From an uncultured delta proteobacterium (lineage in GTDB: Bacteria; Desulfobacterota; Zymogenia; Zymogenales; Zymogenaceae): 64,000 nucleotides of DNA. The position numbers and the translations under genes were made by a program. Numbering within the stretch: position 1 is the first letter of the stretch; each line of letters starts with the position of its first letter. The stretch is from positions 224,001 through 288,000 of the forward strand of contig CAVTLK010000002.1 of NCBI GenBank assembly GCA_963735595.1, read 5' to 3'. This document shows positions 51,604 to 61,886 of this stretch, piece after piece. The notes beneath the pieces were generated by a model. That model had not been told where the DNA came from and made no database searches. It saw only the letters and a list, made by a program, of their open reading frames with translations.

Positions 51604-52230
51604 ATGCCCCTTAAGGAAAAAGTCCCGAACCAGATTTTATACCTGGCGTGTACCGCCGTCGAAGAGGTGATGGGTAAGAACGGCATCAATTCGATCCTCA
51701 ACTACGCCGGCCTGAAAAAGTACATCGGGAACTACCCGCCCAACGACCTCAACCTCGAAATAGACTCCATCGACTTCACGAAGCTGGCCACGGGGCTCGT
51801 CAAGATAATGGGCGAAGGGGGCTGTAAGTCTCTCATGCTCAGGGGCGGCATAAAGGGTTTCGAGATAATGCACCGCGATTTTCCGTCGTTGTTCAACATC
51901 GACGGGCTGAAGATCGAGGAGAGGACACCCGATAAGCTCTTCGATGAGCTGATACGGATAAAGGGAATAATGATTGCGGCGGCCGGCGGATTGTTCGGGG
52001 AAGACATCTATAAGAGGGAAGAAAGAACCGACCAGCTTGCGTACGAGATCGGACCCTGTTTCTGGTGCCGCGGGGTGAAGGCGAAAACCGCCATCTGCCA
52101 CGGCGAGATCGGGTTCAACATCGCCACGGCCAGGCTCGTGCTCGGGCGCGACACCGAAGTCGAGGAAACCCACTGCATCGCAAAGGGCGATCCCGTGTGC
52201 CGGTTTGTCATCCACCGGCCGAAAGCTTGA
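51604..52230 (+). CDS. V4R (4-vinyl reductase) domain protein
   Basis: EEVMGKNG...L, CFWC, ICH, VEETHCIAKGDPVCRF. Confidence 0.85.
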   Translation: MPLKEKVPNQILYLACTAVEEVMGKNGINSILNYAGLKKYIGNYPPNDLNLEIDSIDFTKLATGLVKIMGEGGCKSLMLRGGIKGFEIMHRDFPSLFNIDGLKIEERTPDKLFDELIRIKGIMIAAAGGLFGEDIYKREERTDQLAYEIGPCFWCRGVKAKTAICHGEIGFNIATARLVLGRDTEVEETHCIAKGDPVCRFVIHRPKA

Positions 52231-52260
52231 GGGGGGCGGGGCCCATATCCGTTATCACGC

Positions 52261-53490
52261 CTATTTTATCGGATATCTCCCGTAATCCTTTGCCACCTCG
52301 AGCATGATCTTTATCTTTTCAACATCGAGCTCAGGATGCGTGTGCGCCATGGCGAGCAGGAACCTCCCGCCCGGCGCGCACGTTTTTATGACGCTCCGTG
52401 CGGCTTCCCGGACTTCTTCGGGTTTCGAGCGGGATGTAAGAATATAGTCAACACCCATCCCCCCAACGATAGTATACCGGTCGCCGTGCGTCTTTTTTTC
52501 GTACGCGATATCGACGTTCGAGGTTGTCTCGAAGGCATGGCCGCCGTCGAATCCCCACTTGATAAACAGGTCAAAAAGCTTCGTGTTGTCGCCGCACGAG
52601 TGGTTCATGATCCTTCCGCCCCTGTCGTGCACCGCCTTGCAGAGCCGCGTATAGGGAGGCCCGAAAAGCTCGTCGACCGTCTGAGGCCTGAGCATCGGGC
52701 CCGATTTGAAGGACATATCATCCCCTTTGAGAATGACCTTAACGCCTGCATCCATCATGGCCATAACGCTTTTGAAGATGAATTCGTCCTTGTAGGCGAT
52801 AAACCGCCGGATGAATTGCGGGTCCTTCCTGATAGCTATGACCAGGTTTTCAAACCCCACGGATGCGTACAGGGTCTCATGAATGCCGAAGGCTATATCG
52901 CCGACGATACATATTTTATCGCCATACTTCGGCAGCGCGTATCGATAGAAATCATAGCAGCGGTGGGCCATGTCGTCGGTATCGGGGAAATAGGGCCACT
53001 CGTCAAAGGCCTTGGACGTGGGAATCGCGGGGCCGCGGTACATATAATATATATTGCCGTGCCCGTCGTCTACCCAGTCGTAGAAGGACCCGGTGCTTAT
53101 CGCCAGGGTATTTTCATCCCAGATCATCCAGCGTCCGTCAAACCCGGCGTGAATTGAATCAAATCCCAGGGCTACCGCGGCCTGTACTCTCTTCATGAGA
53201 TTACTCGTCACGGATGAGTCAACGAGGAGCTTCTTGAACTTCTTCACCTTTTCCGCGCTTTTGACTCTCGTCGCTTCGTCCAGATCGTTTCGTATGGACC
53301 TCTCGGAATGCATGCCCAGCCATTTTACTATTTGGAGAAAGAGAGGATTCCTAAATATGACTCTCGGGGGGATAACAGGTTTGCCAAGAACCTGCTGTAC
53401 CGGCCAGTCGTCCAGACCTTCGGAATACGTCTGGACCCTGTCCAGCTCTTTTCCATCGATTACCGCAATAATTCGTTCCGTAGGATTCAT
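52261..53490 (-). CDS. Uroporphyrinogen decarboxylase / MtaA-like family protein
   Basis: MNPTERI, GDDMSFKSGPM, HSCGD, GGRFLL. Confidence 0.85.
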   Translation of the reverse strand: MNPTERIIAVIDGKELDRVQTYSEGLDDWPVQQVLGKPVIPPRVIFRNPLFLQIVKWLGMHSERSIRNDLDEATRVKSAEKVKKFKKLLVDSSVTSNLMKRVQAAVALGFDSIHAGFDGRWMIWDENTLAISTGSFYDWVDDGHGNIYYMYRGPAIPTSKAFDEWPYFPDTDDMAHRCYDFYRYALPKYGDKICIVGDIAFGIHETLYASVGFENLVIAIRKDPQFIRRFIAYKDEFIFKSVMAMMDAGVKVILKGDDMSFKSGPMLRPQTVDELFGPPYTRLCKAVHDRGGRIMNHSCGDNTKLFDLFIKWGFDGGHAFETTSNVDIAYEKKTHGDRYTIVGGMGVDYILTSRSKPEEVREAARSVIKTCAPGGRFLLAMAHTHPELDVEKIKIMLEVAKDYGRYPIK

Positions 53491-53640
53491 CTTGTTTTCC
53501 TCTTGCGTCGTTATAAAGAAGCTGTTTAGAATAAACCGCGGGTGAATACTCCCCTTGCCTCCGGTCGCATGACGGAAAAGACGCCGAGCGCGCATTGTTA
53601 TGCGCTGCGGCCCGGCAGGTATGGTACTTCCCCCTGCCCC

Positions 53641-54422
53641 TCAAATCGCCCCTGCTACCCCCGGCATCCCCTTTATCTCGTTACCCTCACCGTAGGGGCA
53701 GGCGATGTTGCAGAGCGTGCACTCCATGAAACCGCGCTCCGACGCGCGCCGTATGAACCGGTCCCACGGTCTTTTGATCTCTCGGTCGTTGACATGGTAG
53801 ACCACGCAGCGCTCGATCGTGACCTTTTCGCCGGGCGGTACTCCCTTTGAGTCCCCCGGGGCGATGGCGCGGTAGGGACAGGCGGCGATGCAGAGCGGCT
53901 TTTCCCGGCAGAGGGGCTGTTCGGCGCATAAGTCGCGCGTAAACGGCGTGTCCGCCGTCAGCTCCTCTTCGGTCAAAAGTCCCACGAGGCGCACGCGCGG
54001 CCCCCAGCCGGGCGTGATCAGGAGGGTACTCCGGCCGATATGGCCCAGACCGGCCAGCGCGGCCGCGGGCTTGAGCGCCACGCGGTGGGTGGGGCGGAAC
54101 CCGATCCCGTGCTCTTTACGGAGCCGGTCGGCCAGCCGCCAGGCCCGGGCTTCGGTGATCTCGTAATAGAAATTGAAGTATTGTTCTTCCGTAAGGCCGG
54201 GGTAGTAGGAGGAGGGGATGGAGACCGAGGTGTTCTGGGCCTCGTCGGAGACGACGATCCCCAACACGATCAGCGACCGTGCCGCGGGGTAGACCTCGGA
54301 CGGCCGCCTGAGGCCGCGGCCGGGAGGGAACTCGATCCGTTCCACGTCACCGGTTGAAACGATCCCGGTAAGCGTGAAGCCGAGATCGCGGGCGTGTCTC
54401 TTGATGTCGGCGTAAGGCTCAT
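53641..54422 (-). CDS. Epoxyqueuosine-reductase (QueG)-like 4Fe-4S protein, probable frameshift near the start
   Basis: AAALAGLGHIGRSTLLITPGWGPRVRL, CIAACP, ECTLCNIACP. In-frame upstream ADIKRHARDLGF has no start codon; ATG 54422 is one base out of frame. Confidence 0.78.
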
Positions 54423-54569
54423 GTAATATAGCGGCCGAATCCGAAACGGTACTGCGCGGGATACCCGCCGAGATCGCCGTGGCGCTTCCGTGCTCACTCG
54501 TGAATGATCGGGATGTACGTTAGTATCTGTAAAAACAAACAGCGAGATACGGCCTATTCGGCGCGTCCT

Positions 54570-55043
54570 CTACAGCGCGTTCGTGAACCCGATGTCCGTC
54601 CATGTGCCGCGGATCACCATCCACTCGCCGTCTTCTTTGACCAGCTTTATATCTATGAGGTAGCCGCCTGCCGAGGCGGGGACTACGTCTCCTATCGTCT
54701 CCGGGTCTTCCCCGCCGGTGAGGATCACCTTGACCTGGGCCTCGGCCTCGTCGCCCTCAACCGTCACCTGGGTATCCCGCACGAAGACGCCCACCTTCTC
54801 GTATCCTTGGAAATATACAAAGAGGATAACCTTGAGTGCATCGCGGTTGTTGCCCTCCGGGTCCTTGTAGCCCTCGGAGACGTTCTCGAGGATGCCCTTG
54901 ATATCCTTTGCTTCGGCGAGGTCGGCCGTCTCGTTGATCATCGCCTTGATCTTATCCTCTTCGCTGACCGGTTTCTTGCACCCCGGCGCGAGCAGCGCGA
55001 CTATCAGCATGGCCGACAGCAGAACGATCGACAGACGTTTCAT
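54570..55043 (-). CDS. Lipoprotein with NTF2-like fold
   Basis: Lipobox-like APGC; helix plus beta pattern ending KEDGEW.V. Confidence 0.72.
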   Translation of the reverse strand: MKRLSIVLLSAMLIVALLAPGCKKPVSEEDKIKAMINETADLAEAKDIKGILENVSEGYKDPEGNNRDALKVILFVYFQGYEKVGVFVRDTQVTVEGDEAEAQVKVILTGGEDPETIGDVVPASAGGYLIDIKLVKEDGEWMVIRGTWTDIGFTNAL

Positions 55044-55188
55044 GGTAGATTCTCCTCTTCTCGGACGACTTTACCTTACCACACGGCGCCGGGGCGGTCA
55101 AGGGGGCGCTTCTGCTTGACACCCCCGGCGGCATCTGGTATCTTTTGCATAGTCGATTTCGCACGCATTTTATTCAAGGAGTTATGCC

Positions 55189-56043
55189 ATGGCAATGAAC
55201 CGCAGCCTGATCGGCAAGAAATACGGCCCGGTGGACGGCGTGGTGGACGTCAGGGAGGCGATGTATTACGCCCTTGCCACCAACGACCCCAACGAATGGT
55301 ACATAGACGGCGCGCGTCCCGGCGGCACGGTGGCCCCGCCGATGTACGCCATCAGCAAGGACCTCGGCGGCAAGGGGATCTTTGAGATTATCAAGGACAC
55401 GGAACTGGGGCTCAACTACGCCTTCGTGGTGCACGGCGAGCAGTACTTCGAATGGAACGAGCCGTTGATCCCCGGCGCGAAGATGAAGGTCACCGCCACG
55501 ATCAAGGACATCATCGACAAGGGCACGGGCGACCTGTTGGAGATGAAGGTGGACTGCACCGACGAGAAGGGAACGCTCGTGGTCAGCCAGGTCGTCAGCT
55601 TCTTCGAGCGGCGGCCCGACGCCCCCAGGAAACCCAAGACCCCGGAGGCCCCCGAGGACAGGAGCAAACCCCTCTTTACCGCCTCGATGAAGGTTCTCCG
55701 CGGCCAGACCTATATCTATGCCGAACCCTCCGGCGACCATAACCCAATCCACGTGGACCCGGACTTCGCCGTCAAGGTGGGGCTGCCGGGCATCATCCTG
55801 CAGGGGCTGTGCACGATGGCGTTCGTCCAGAAGGCGGTTATCGACAACGCCGCCGGCGGAGACCCGACAAAACTTAAAAAACTCAAAGTCCGCTTTTCGA
55901 GAAACGTGCTGCCGGGCGATACCGTCTCCACCTCGGGCTGGCTCAAACAGGACGCGGGGACGCACCGCATCGTGGGTCTTGAGGCACAGGTAGACCGGGG
56001 CGACGTGGTCATCCGGGATGCATGGGCCGAGGTGGCCACGTAG
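55189..56043 (+). CDS. MaoC-family double hot-dog (R)-enoyl-CoA hydratase
   Basis: YALAT, VVHGEQ, YAEPSGDHNPIHVD, ILQGLCT, PGDT. Confidence 0.9.
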   Translation: MAMNRSLIGKKYGPVDGVVDVREAMYYALATNDPNEWYIDGARPGGTVAPPMYAISKDLGGKGIFEIIKDTELGLNYAFVVHGEQYFEWNEPLIPGAKMKVTATIKDIIDKGTGDLLEMKVDCTDEKGTLVVSQVVSFFERRPDAPRKPKTPEAPEDRSKPLFTASMKVLRGQTYIYAEPSGDHNPIHVDPDFAVKVGLPGIILQGLCTMAFVQKAVIDNAAGGDPTKLKKLKVRFSRNVLPGDTVSTSGWLKQDAGTHRIVGLEAQVDRGDVVIRDAWAEVAT

Positions 56044-56076
56044 GCCGTCCGCATTTCATTATTGGTGGGAGTCGGT

Positions 56077-56811
56077 ATGCAGTCAACTAATTCGGGTACG
56101 TTTATCGGCCTTGGGCTCTTTGCCCTTATCGTCGTCGTGTTTGTCCTGATCTTCTTTTTTGCGGGCAAGAAGGCCAAGAAGTCGCTGGCTGAGTTCGCGG
56201 CCTCCCGCGGGCTTGCCGTCCGGCCGATAGACGAGGGTAACGAGCTCGAACAACGGGTGGTGGAACGGCTCGGAATTCCCGAGGGGGGGATCTATCAGGA
56301 TATCGTCAAGCTTCCCCTCTCGTCCGGCGAGGGGTGGCTCTTCACCAGGGCGCCGGAACGGGAAAAAAACAACGTCGATCCCCATTCGTCGACCGGCTCG
56401 CCCCATCAGTACATTGTCGTCTTTATTGATATTCCGATCAAGGGCCGAAGCTTTGCCGCCAAGGCGGTCCCCATGCCGCGCGGGGGGCTCGGTCTGCAGC
56501 TGGTCGAATTCGTCCTGGCCAAGGCCTTCGGCGCAAAGGGCATCCACTACCTGGATACGACCGCCGATTACCCGGAGTTCTCCAAGGTCTACAACGTCTT
56601 CACCGAGGACGAAAAGGGGGCGCGATCGGTCATCCTCTCGTCGGGCGTGGTCTCCTGCCTCATGGCACACCCGCGCAAGGACCCGGTCAACCTCTCGTTT
56701 ACGCCAAAGGGCTTCGGCCTTGACATCGAATCGATGCTCAAGAGCCGGCAGGATATTGATCTCTTCGTCCAGTGGACAGACGATCTGGCCCGCGCGCTCG
56801 ACCGGGGATAG
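56077..56811 (+). CDS. Membrane-anchored hypothetical protein
   Basis: N-terminal TM, LAEFAASRGL, YPEFSKVYNV; coding-like codon usage. Confidence 0.72.
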   Translation: MQSTNSGTFIGLGLFALIVVVFVLIFFFAGKKAKKSLAEFAASRGLAVRPIDEGNELEQRVVERLGIPEGGIYQDIVKLPLSSGEGWLFTRAPEREKNNVDPHSSTGSPHQYIVVFIDIPIKGRSFAAKAVPMPRGGLGLQLVEFVLAKAFGAKGIHYLDTTADYPEFSKVYNVFTEDEKGARSVILSSGVVSCLMAHPRKDPVNLSFTPKGFGLDIESMLKSRQDIDLFVQWTDDLARALDRG

Positions 56812-56870
56812 GCCATGATCGGACGGGGCGGAGGCCGCGGGCGGCGGCGCCGTCGGGGCCGGAGTGGGGA

Positions 56871-56938
56871 CAGGCGATAGGCAACGGGCGATAGGCAACA
56901 GGCAATAGGCAACAGGCAATAGGCGATAGGCAACAGGC
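56871..56938. repeat. Heptamer tandem repeat (YAGGCRA) x about 10
   Basis: caggcga taggcaa cgggcga taggcaa caggcaa taggcaa caggcaa taggcga taggcaa caggc. Confidence 0.9.
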
Positions 56939-56939
56939 C

Positions 56940-57650
56940 GTGAATATCATAATCGCCGTCATCATCATCATCGTCTTCCTGGCGCTTGACATCGTATTCT
57001 ACTTCCTCATCATCAGGTCGATGGAGAAGCCGTCGCCGTCGGCCGCACTCGCCCGGGCCCGGGACCTTTCGGTCATCCCCGATTCGGAGGGGGAGTCGGT
57101 CGGTCTGAGGCTCCGGCAACACCTTCCCCTGCCAAGGGGCGATCTTTTCGATATCGTGCGGCTTGTCCTGCCCAACGGCGAAGGGTATCTCTTCACGACG
57201 CAGCCAGACGCCGATTCACACATGCCAAAAGCGCGGGAAAACCAGCGCCAGTTTATCGCCGTGCTTATTCAGACACCTGCCGACGGCGGCCTGTTTATCC
57301 ATCCGCCGGTTCGTTTTCCATTTGCGGGTTTCAAGAGGCGGCGGCTCTTTCGCGTGTTCAAGACGGGGGCGTTTTCCCCGGTGCCGGCCGACCGGCTGCC
57401 GCCGACGCTCGCCGGCGGCTGGCGCATGCGGGCCGAGCATGAGCGATTCGACCCGGAGAGCTTCTTTACCCGGGAAGTAACCGACGTCATGACTAATCGG
57501 GTTCCCCGCTCACGGGGGTTCGCGCTGATGATCTGCCCCGGCGGCCTTGCCGTCTATATCAACCCGCTCCTGAAGGATCAGGAGGAAGTGGGGCGGTTCT
57601 GCGATTTCACCGGGGATCTGGTCGAAGCGGTCGCGAAGAAGACGCGGTGA
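56940..57650 (+). CDS. Membrane-anchored hypothetical protein, distant paralog of 56077..56811
   Basis: Shared pattern (ARGL/ARDL, DIV.L...GEG.LFT, Q(Y/F)I.V.I). Confidence 0.68.
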   Translation: MNIIIAVIIIIVFLALDIVFYFLIIRSMEKPSPSAALARARDLSVIPDSEGESVGLRLRQHLPLPRGDLFDIVRLVLPNGEGYLFTTQPDADSHMPKARENQRQFIAVLIQTPADGGLFIHPPVRFPFAGFKRRRLFRVFKTGAFSPVPADRLPPTLAGGWRMRAEHERFDPESFFTREVTDVMTNRVPRSRGFALMICPGGLAVYINPLLKDQEEVGRFCDFTGDLVEAVAKKTR

Positions 57651-57800
57651 GGAGCAGGGGAGTATCACCACAAAGACACAAAGGCACGAAGGACAGGTAA
57701 CGCGCTTAAGCAAGATGAATCGTGCAGACCCTTGGTATTGTGCTTTAGGGTGCACGGACAATACGGTGTGCAACGCCGAGTCACACAGACGGAGGGGATC

Positions 57801-59678
57801 ATGAAAAAGGCGCTTGTCATCATCGGGATTATCGTTCTCGTCGCGGTCGTCGGCGGGGTCGTGTTCGTCAATACCCGCACGGTTTCGGACGGCTCGGACT
57901 ACCTGCCGCCGCGGGAGGTGATCGAGGCGGTCACGGGTCTCCCGGTAACCGAGGAAGGGAGGGTAAAACGGTTCGGCGACGCCTGGGTCGAAAAGCGGGG
58001 CGCCGATTACCTGCTGCACCTTTCGGGGACACCCTACGAGATGGGCTATCAGCACGGCGTCCTCATGGCTGACGAGATCACAAGCGGTGCGGTGCCGGTC
58101 TTCGCCGATCCGGTCTCCCACAACGCCTCGCTTGCAGGCAAACCCGCATGGCTCAGGAAGCTGTTGCTTACCTATCTCGAGTTTTCCGTCTACGGCCCCA
58201 TCGAACGGAACACCCCGCGTGAATATCTCGAAGAGATCAAGGGTATCGCCGATGGCGCGGGCCTCGATTTCAGGGAGGTCTTCATCGCCAATTTCCTTTC
58301 CGATCTCACGATGGCCATGACCCCCGGGGTCATCAACAAGAAGGCCGCGGAACTGGGCATCGGCGCCGAGTGCAGCGCCTTCGTTGCCGCCGGCGACGCG
58401 GTGGAGGGCGGCGCGCTCATTTTCGGCCGCAACACCGACTATTCGGGGCAGGGCCGCTGGGGTCCGTACCAGACCATCTTCTTCTATAAACCGGCCGGCG
58501 GCCTGAGCTACGTCAACGTCGGCAGCGCGGGGCTCATCAAGGCAAATTCGGCCATGAACGAGGCCGGGATCGTCGTGTCCGGCCACTTCATGGCGTTTGA
58601 GGGGGCCGACCCGGCCGGGGTCTCGTTTACCGTCCTCGAAAACGAGATCATGCGAAAGGCGCGTACGCTCGACGAGGCGATCGCTCTGCTCGAGGATGCG
58701 CGCCGCGGCGGTTCCTTCGGCCTCATCATCGGCGACGGCGCCCGAAGGGAAGCGGCGGTCGTGGAATCCACCGCGGAACGCCTCGGCGTCAGGCGGATGG
58801 AAAACGGGGCCATCATCTTGACCAATTTTGCGACCACCGAGGAGCTCAAGCCGGTCGACCTCCTGCTCCGCTACAACCTGCTGTTGCGCAACGTCATGGG
58901 CAGGTACGAGCGCCTCTCGCGGCTCGTCGCGCTACACCGGGGGGCGATCACGCCGGCGCTCGCCGCGACGTTCATGAGCGATCACGTGGACGTGATCATG
59001 GGGACGGAGCGGGGCACCGGGATCACCGTCTGTTCGGACAACAACGTCACCTCGGCGGTCTTTGTCCCGGGATCGGGCCTCTTCTGGGTGGCCGGCGGAG
59101 GCGAGCCGGCGTGTATAAACGACTACGTCGGGTATGATTTTTCCGCGGAGATTGCCGGCGAACCGGGAGATCCACGCCCCGCTCTCCTTTCGGGCTACTC
59201 CTGGGAGGACCTCGCGAGACGGGCGGCTTTTGAGCTCTACATGAAGGCCTATATCGCCTACGAGGCGGATTTCTCCGACAAGGCGACCGCGCTCGAATAT
59301 CTCAGACTGGCCATTGCCGCCGACCCCGCCGAGCCGATCTATGCCCGCATGGCCGGTATCCTTTCCATCCACCTGAGGGACTACCAAACGGCCGTGGAGC
59401 TCCTTATCGGCGCGCTCACGCTGCCCCAGGCGCCAAACGAAACCGCCATGACGCACCTGTTGCTCGGCCGGGCATACGATCTTTCCGGCAACCGGGACCA
59501 GGCCCTGGTGCATTACCGGGAGGTTGGTAAGCTCGCCGAGGCCGAGGAGTCCGACCCGCTCATGGACATTAACGGCCTGGTGGTGGCGATGGCTAAAACG
59601 GGGATGGATATCCCGTTCACCGAAAAGGAAATCGGAGATATCCACATCGCTTTCAGCCTCGAGTCGGGATTGGAGTGA
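57801..59678 (+). CDS. C45-family Ntn-hydrolase (acyl-CoA acyltransferase/peptidase) with C-terminal TPR
   Basis: GTPYEMGYQHG, EEIKGIADG, E-CSAF autocleavage Cys, GRNTD, MNEAG, TNF; TPR helices. Confidence 0.85.
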   Translation: MKKALVIIGIIVLVAVVGGVVFVNTRTVSDGSDYLPPREVIEAVTGLPVTEEGRVKRFGDAWVEKRGADYLLHLSGTPYEMGYQHGVLMADEITSGAVPVFADPVSHNASLAGKPAWLRKLLLTYLEFSVYGPIERNTPREYLEEIKGIADGAGLDFREVFIANFLSDLTMAMTPGVINKKAAELGIGAECSAFVAAGDAVEGGALIFGRNTDYSGQGRWGPYQTIFFYKPAGGLSYVNVGSAGLIKANSAMNEAGIVVSGHFMAFEGADPAGVSFTVLENEIMRKARTLDEAIALLEDARRGGSFGLIIGDGARREAAVVESTAERLGVRRMENGAIILTNFATTEELKPVDLLLRYNLLLRNVMGRYERLSRLVALHRGAITPALAATFMSDHVDVIMGTERGTGITVCSDNNVTSAVFVPGSGLFWVAGGGEPACINDYVGYDFSAEIAGEPGDPRPALLSGYSWEDLARRAAFELYMKAYIAYEADFSDKATALEYLRLAIAADPAEPIYARMAGILSIHLRDYQTAVELLIGALTLPQAPNETAMTHLLLGRAYDLSGNRDQALVHYREVGKLAEAEESDPLMDINGLVVAMAKTGMDIPFTEKEIGDIHIAFSLESGLE

Positions 59679-59708
59679 ATTGTCCGGCACAAACAGCAGG
59701 GTCCGATA

Positions 59709-60443
59709 ATGAAACGGTCAGAGATAAACCGCATCATCGACGAGAGCGCCGCGTTCTTCGCGGCGCATCGCTTTCCCCTTCCGCCCTTCTGCCGCGTGGC
59801 GCCGGACCAATGGGGGAGGCGCCGTGACGAGCTTGCCGAGGTCATCGGGGCAGGGCTCGGCTGGGACGTGACCGATTTTGACCTCGGGGATTTTAAAAGT
59901 ACCGGGATCGTGCTGGTTACGCTCAGGAACGGTGGGACGCCGGCGGCGGCGGCCGCCGGCAAGACCTACTGTGAAAAGATCATCCACGTGCGCAACGACC
60001 AGACCTGCCCGATGCACTACCACCGCGCCAAGACCGAGGATATTATCAACCGGGGGGGCGGCACGCTCTGTTTCGAGCTTTATATGGCTTTATCCGGGGC
60101 TTTATCCGGGGCTATGTCGGGGGCCGAACCGGGGGCGGTATCGGACGGGCACTCGTTTTCACCGGATGGTTTTTCGGTCTGGTCCGACGGGATGAGCCGG
60201 GAGTGCGGGCCCGGAGAGGTCCTGCGGCTTGCCGCCGGCGAGAGCCTCACGCTTTCACCCCTTCTTTACCATTCATTCTGAGCGGAGGGGGGCGACGTGA
60301 TCGTGGGGGAGGTCTCAACCGTCAATGACGACGTTGCCGACAACGTCTTTTATGAGGAAGTGCCGCGGTTTATGACCATCGAGGAAGACGAGACGCCGCG
60401 ATACCTTCTGGTCCACGAAGTCGTACGGTTCCTGGAGGGATAG
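59709..60443 (+). pseudogene. D-lyxose/D-mannose-family sugar isomerase interrupted by in-frame TGA at 60279
   Basis: MKRSEIN, GWDVTDF, YCEK, PMHYH..KTEDIINRGGG, YHSF*AEGG..VGEVSTVNDD..DN.F; the frame continues to TAG at 60441. Confidence 0.85.
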
Positions 60444-60498
60444 GCGGGCAAACCAGGCGCGGCGGGGGATTGTAACGGCGTCCGTCACATCAGCCCGA

Positions 60499-61420
60499 TC
60501 AGGACTTTTTCTTCAACAGCAGCTCAAGAACCAACCCGATGGCTATGACGATTGCGCCGGCGATGATGAACGTCGCCGATCGGCCCAGGCCCTGTATGAA
60601 GACGTCCCCAAAACGGGTCAGGACGTTGACGGTCAGGAAGATCACGCCGAGGGTGATGTAAGAGCGTTGTTTTCGCAGGCCGCCGAAGACAATGGTCGCG
60701 ATATTGGCGATAAAAAAGAGGACGGTAAATATAACGATCTCTCTCGTTCCCGATCCGCCGCCGAAAAGCCGCGCCTCCCTTCCAAAGAGCGACAGCATCC
60801 AGAGAGAGGTATTGAGAAACAGGAAGCCGAGGAAGTAGTAGACGGGGGTGAACTCCGAATACCGTTTGAGCCTGGTCAATGCGAGACGCTCATGGGCAAA
60901 ACCCGCCGCGATGACGAAGGGGCTTGCCGCCGCTACGAAGCTGTGGCTGTTCACACCGCCCTTGAAAAACGGAATCCAACCCCAGAAACCGCCGCCCAGA
61001 TAGGCGAGCCACGAAAAGAGCGAAAGCACGCTCATGGCGAGGACAAGCCCGATATCCGTCACGTAGGCGACGATGAAATAGACGACGGTCGTCACAAGGA
61101 GGATGTACGAAAACGACGAGAGCGGCCTGCCGAACATCTTGTTGATGCTTATAACGTCAAGGAAGATCAGGATACACGCCAGCACGATGACCGCTACGCC
61201 CAGGGCCGGGGAAGCCCCTGCTCCGTGTCCGTAGAGGCGATTGCCCCAGAACAATCCCGCCGCCGCAAGGACCGTCAGGAAGACCGATACATAAAACCAT
61301 GTTCCGAGAAGCTCAAAGAAGAGCGAGACGAGCCCGATCGCCAGGACCAGGGCGCCCAGCACGATGATGAACCAGACGGCCGGTTCCCTGCCGGGCCCCT
61401 CTTTTCCCCGCTTCGGCCAT
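60499..61420 (-). CDS. Multi-TM membrane protein (DUF2157-like), probable frameshift near the start
   Basis: About 9 TMs. ATG 61420 with GGAGG RBS is 40 nt (one base out of frame) upstream of in-frame AVWFIIVLGAL. Confidence 0.65.
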
Positions 61421-61448
61421 ATTCAATCCTCCATCGGCCGATCCCCCG

Positions 61449-61886
61449 TCAGCGTTCCACCCACTTGTAGATGATGGGGGCAGTGCTCTTCTTGAGTTTA
61501 ATGATATGGTGCGGCTGGGTGAGCGCCTCCGTGACGGCGCCGGACGGACGGGTGAGGAGAATCGTCACGTCGAGCTTGTTCCCCTTGTCCTGGACCGCAA
61601 CGATCTCGGCGTCGTATCCTCCCGTCAGCATTCTGCCCGGAGAGACCGCGATGACCATATCCTCGGCAAAGTTGATCTTCGGCATATCGGGGATGGGGTC
61701 CATGCCGTCGTATATACCCGCCCATAGTCTTTCGAAGCTGATCGGGTCGGTGACTACCTCGTTGAGCCGGTAGGTGATGCCCGGTGCGTTATCGTCCCTG
61801 GCAATAGTGGAAAACCCGATATCGCCGTTCGTCTTTGCGGCGCAGCCCAGGAGAAGTATCAGGATTAGCGTGGTCATCTTTTTCAT
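61449..61886 (-). CDS. PrcB C-terminal domain lipoprotein
   Basis: LLGC lipobox; INFAEDMVIAVSPG...TGGY, TQPHHIIKL. Confidence 0.82.
   Translation of the reverse strand: MKKMTTLILILLLGCAAKTNGDIGFSTIARDDNAPGITYRLNEVVTDPISFERLWAGIYDGMDPIPDMPKINFAEDMVIAVSPGRMLTGGYDAEIVAVQDKGNKLDVTILLTRPSGAVTEALTQPHHIIKLKKSTAPIIYKWVER

Noticed and set aside
57665..57752. CACCACAAAGACACAAAGGCACGAAG short-period repeat with a weak complementary arm
   Set aside because: Single degenerate occurrence in the window; too weak to call an element.
60279..60281. Selenocysteine recoding of the in-frame TGA
   Set aside because: The position corresponds to Trp rather than Cys in the family as I recall it, and no SECIS-like hairpin is evident.
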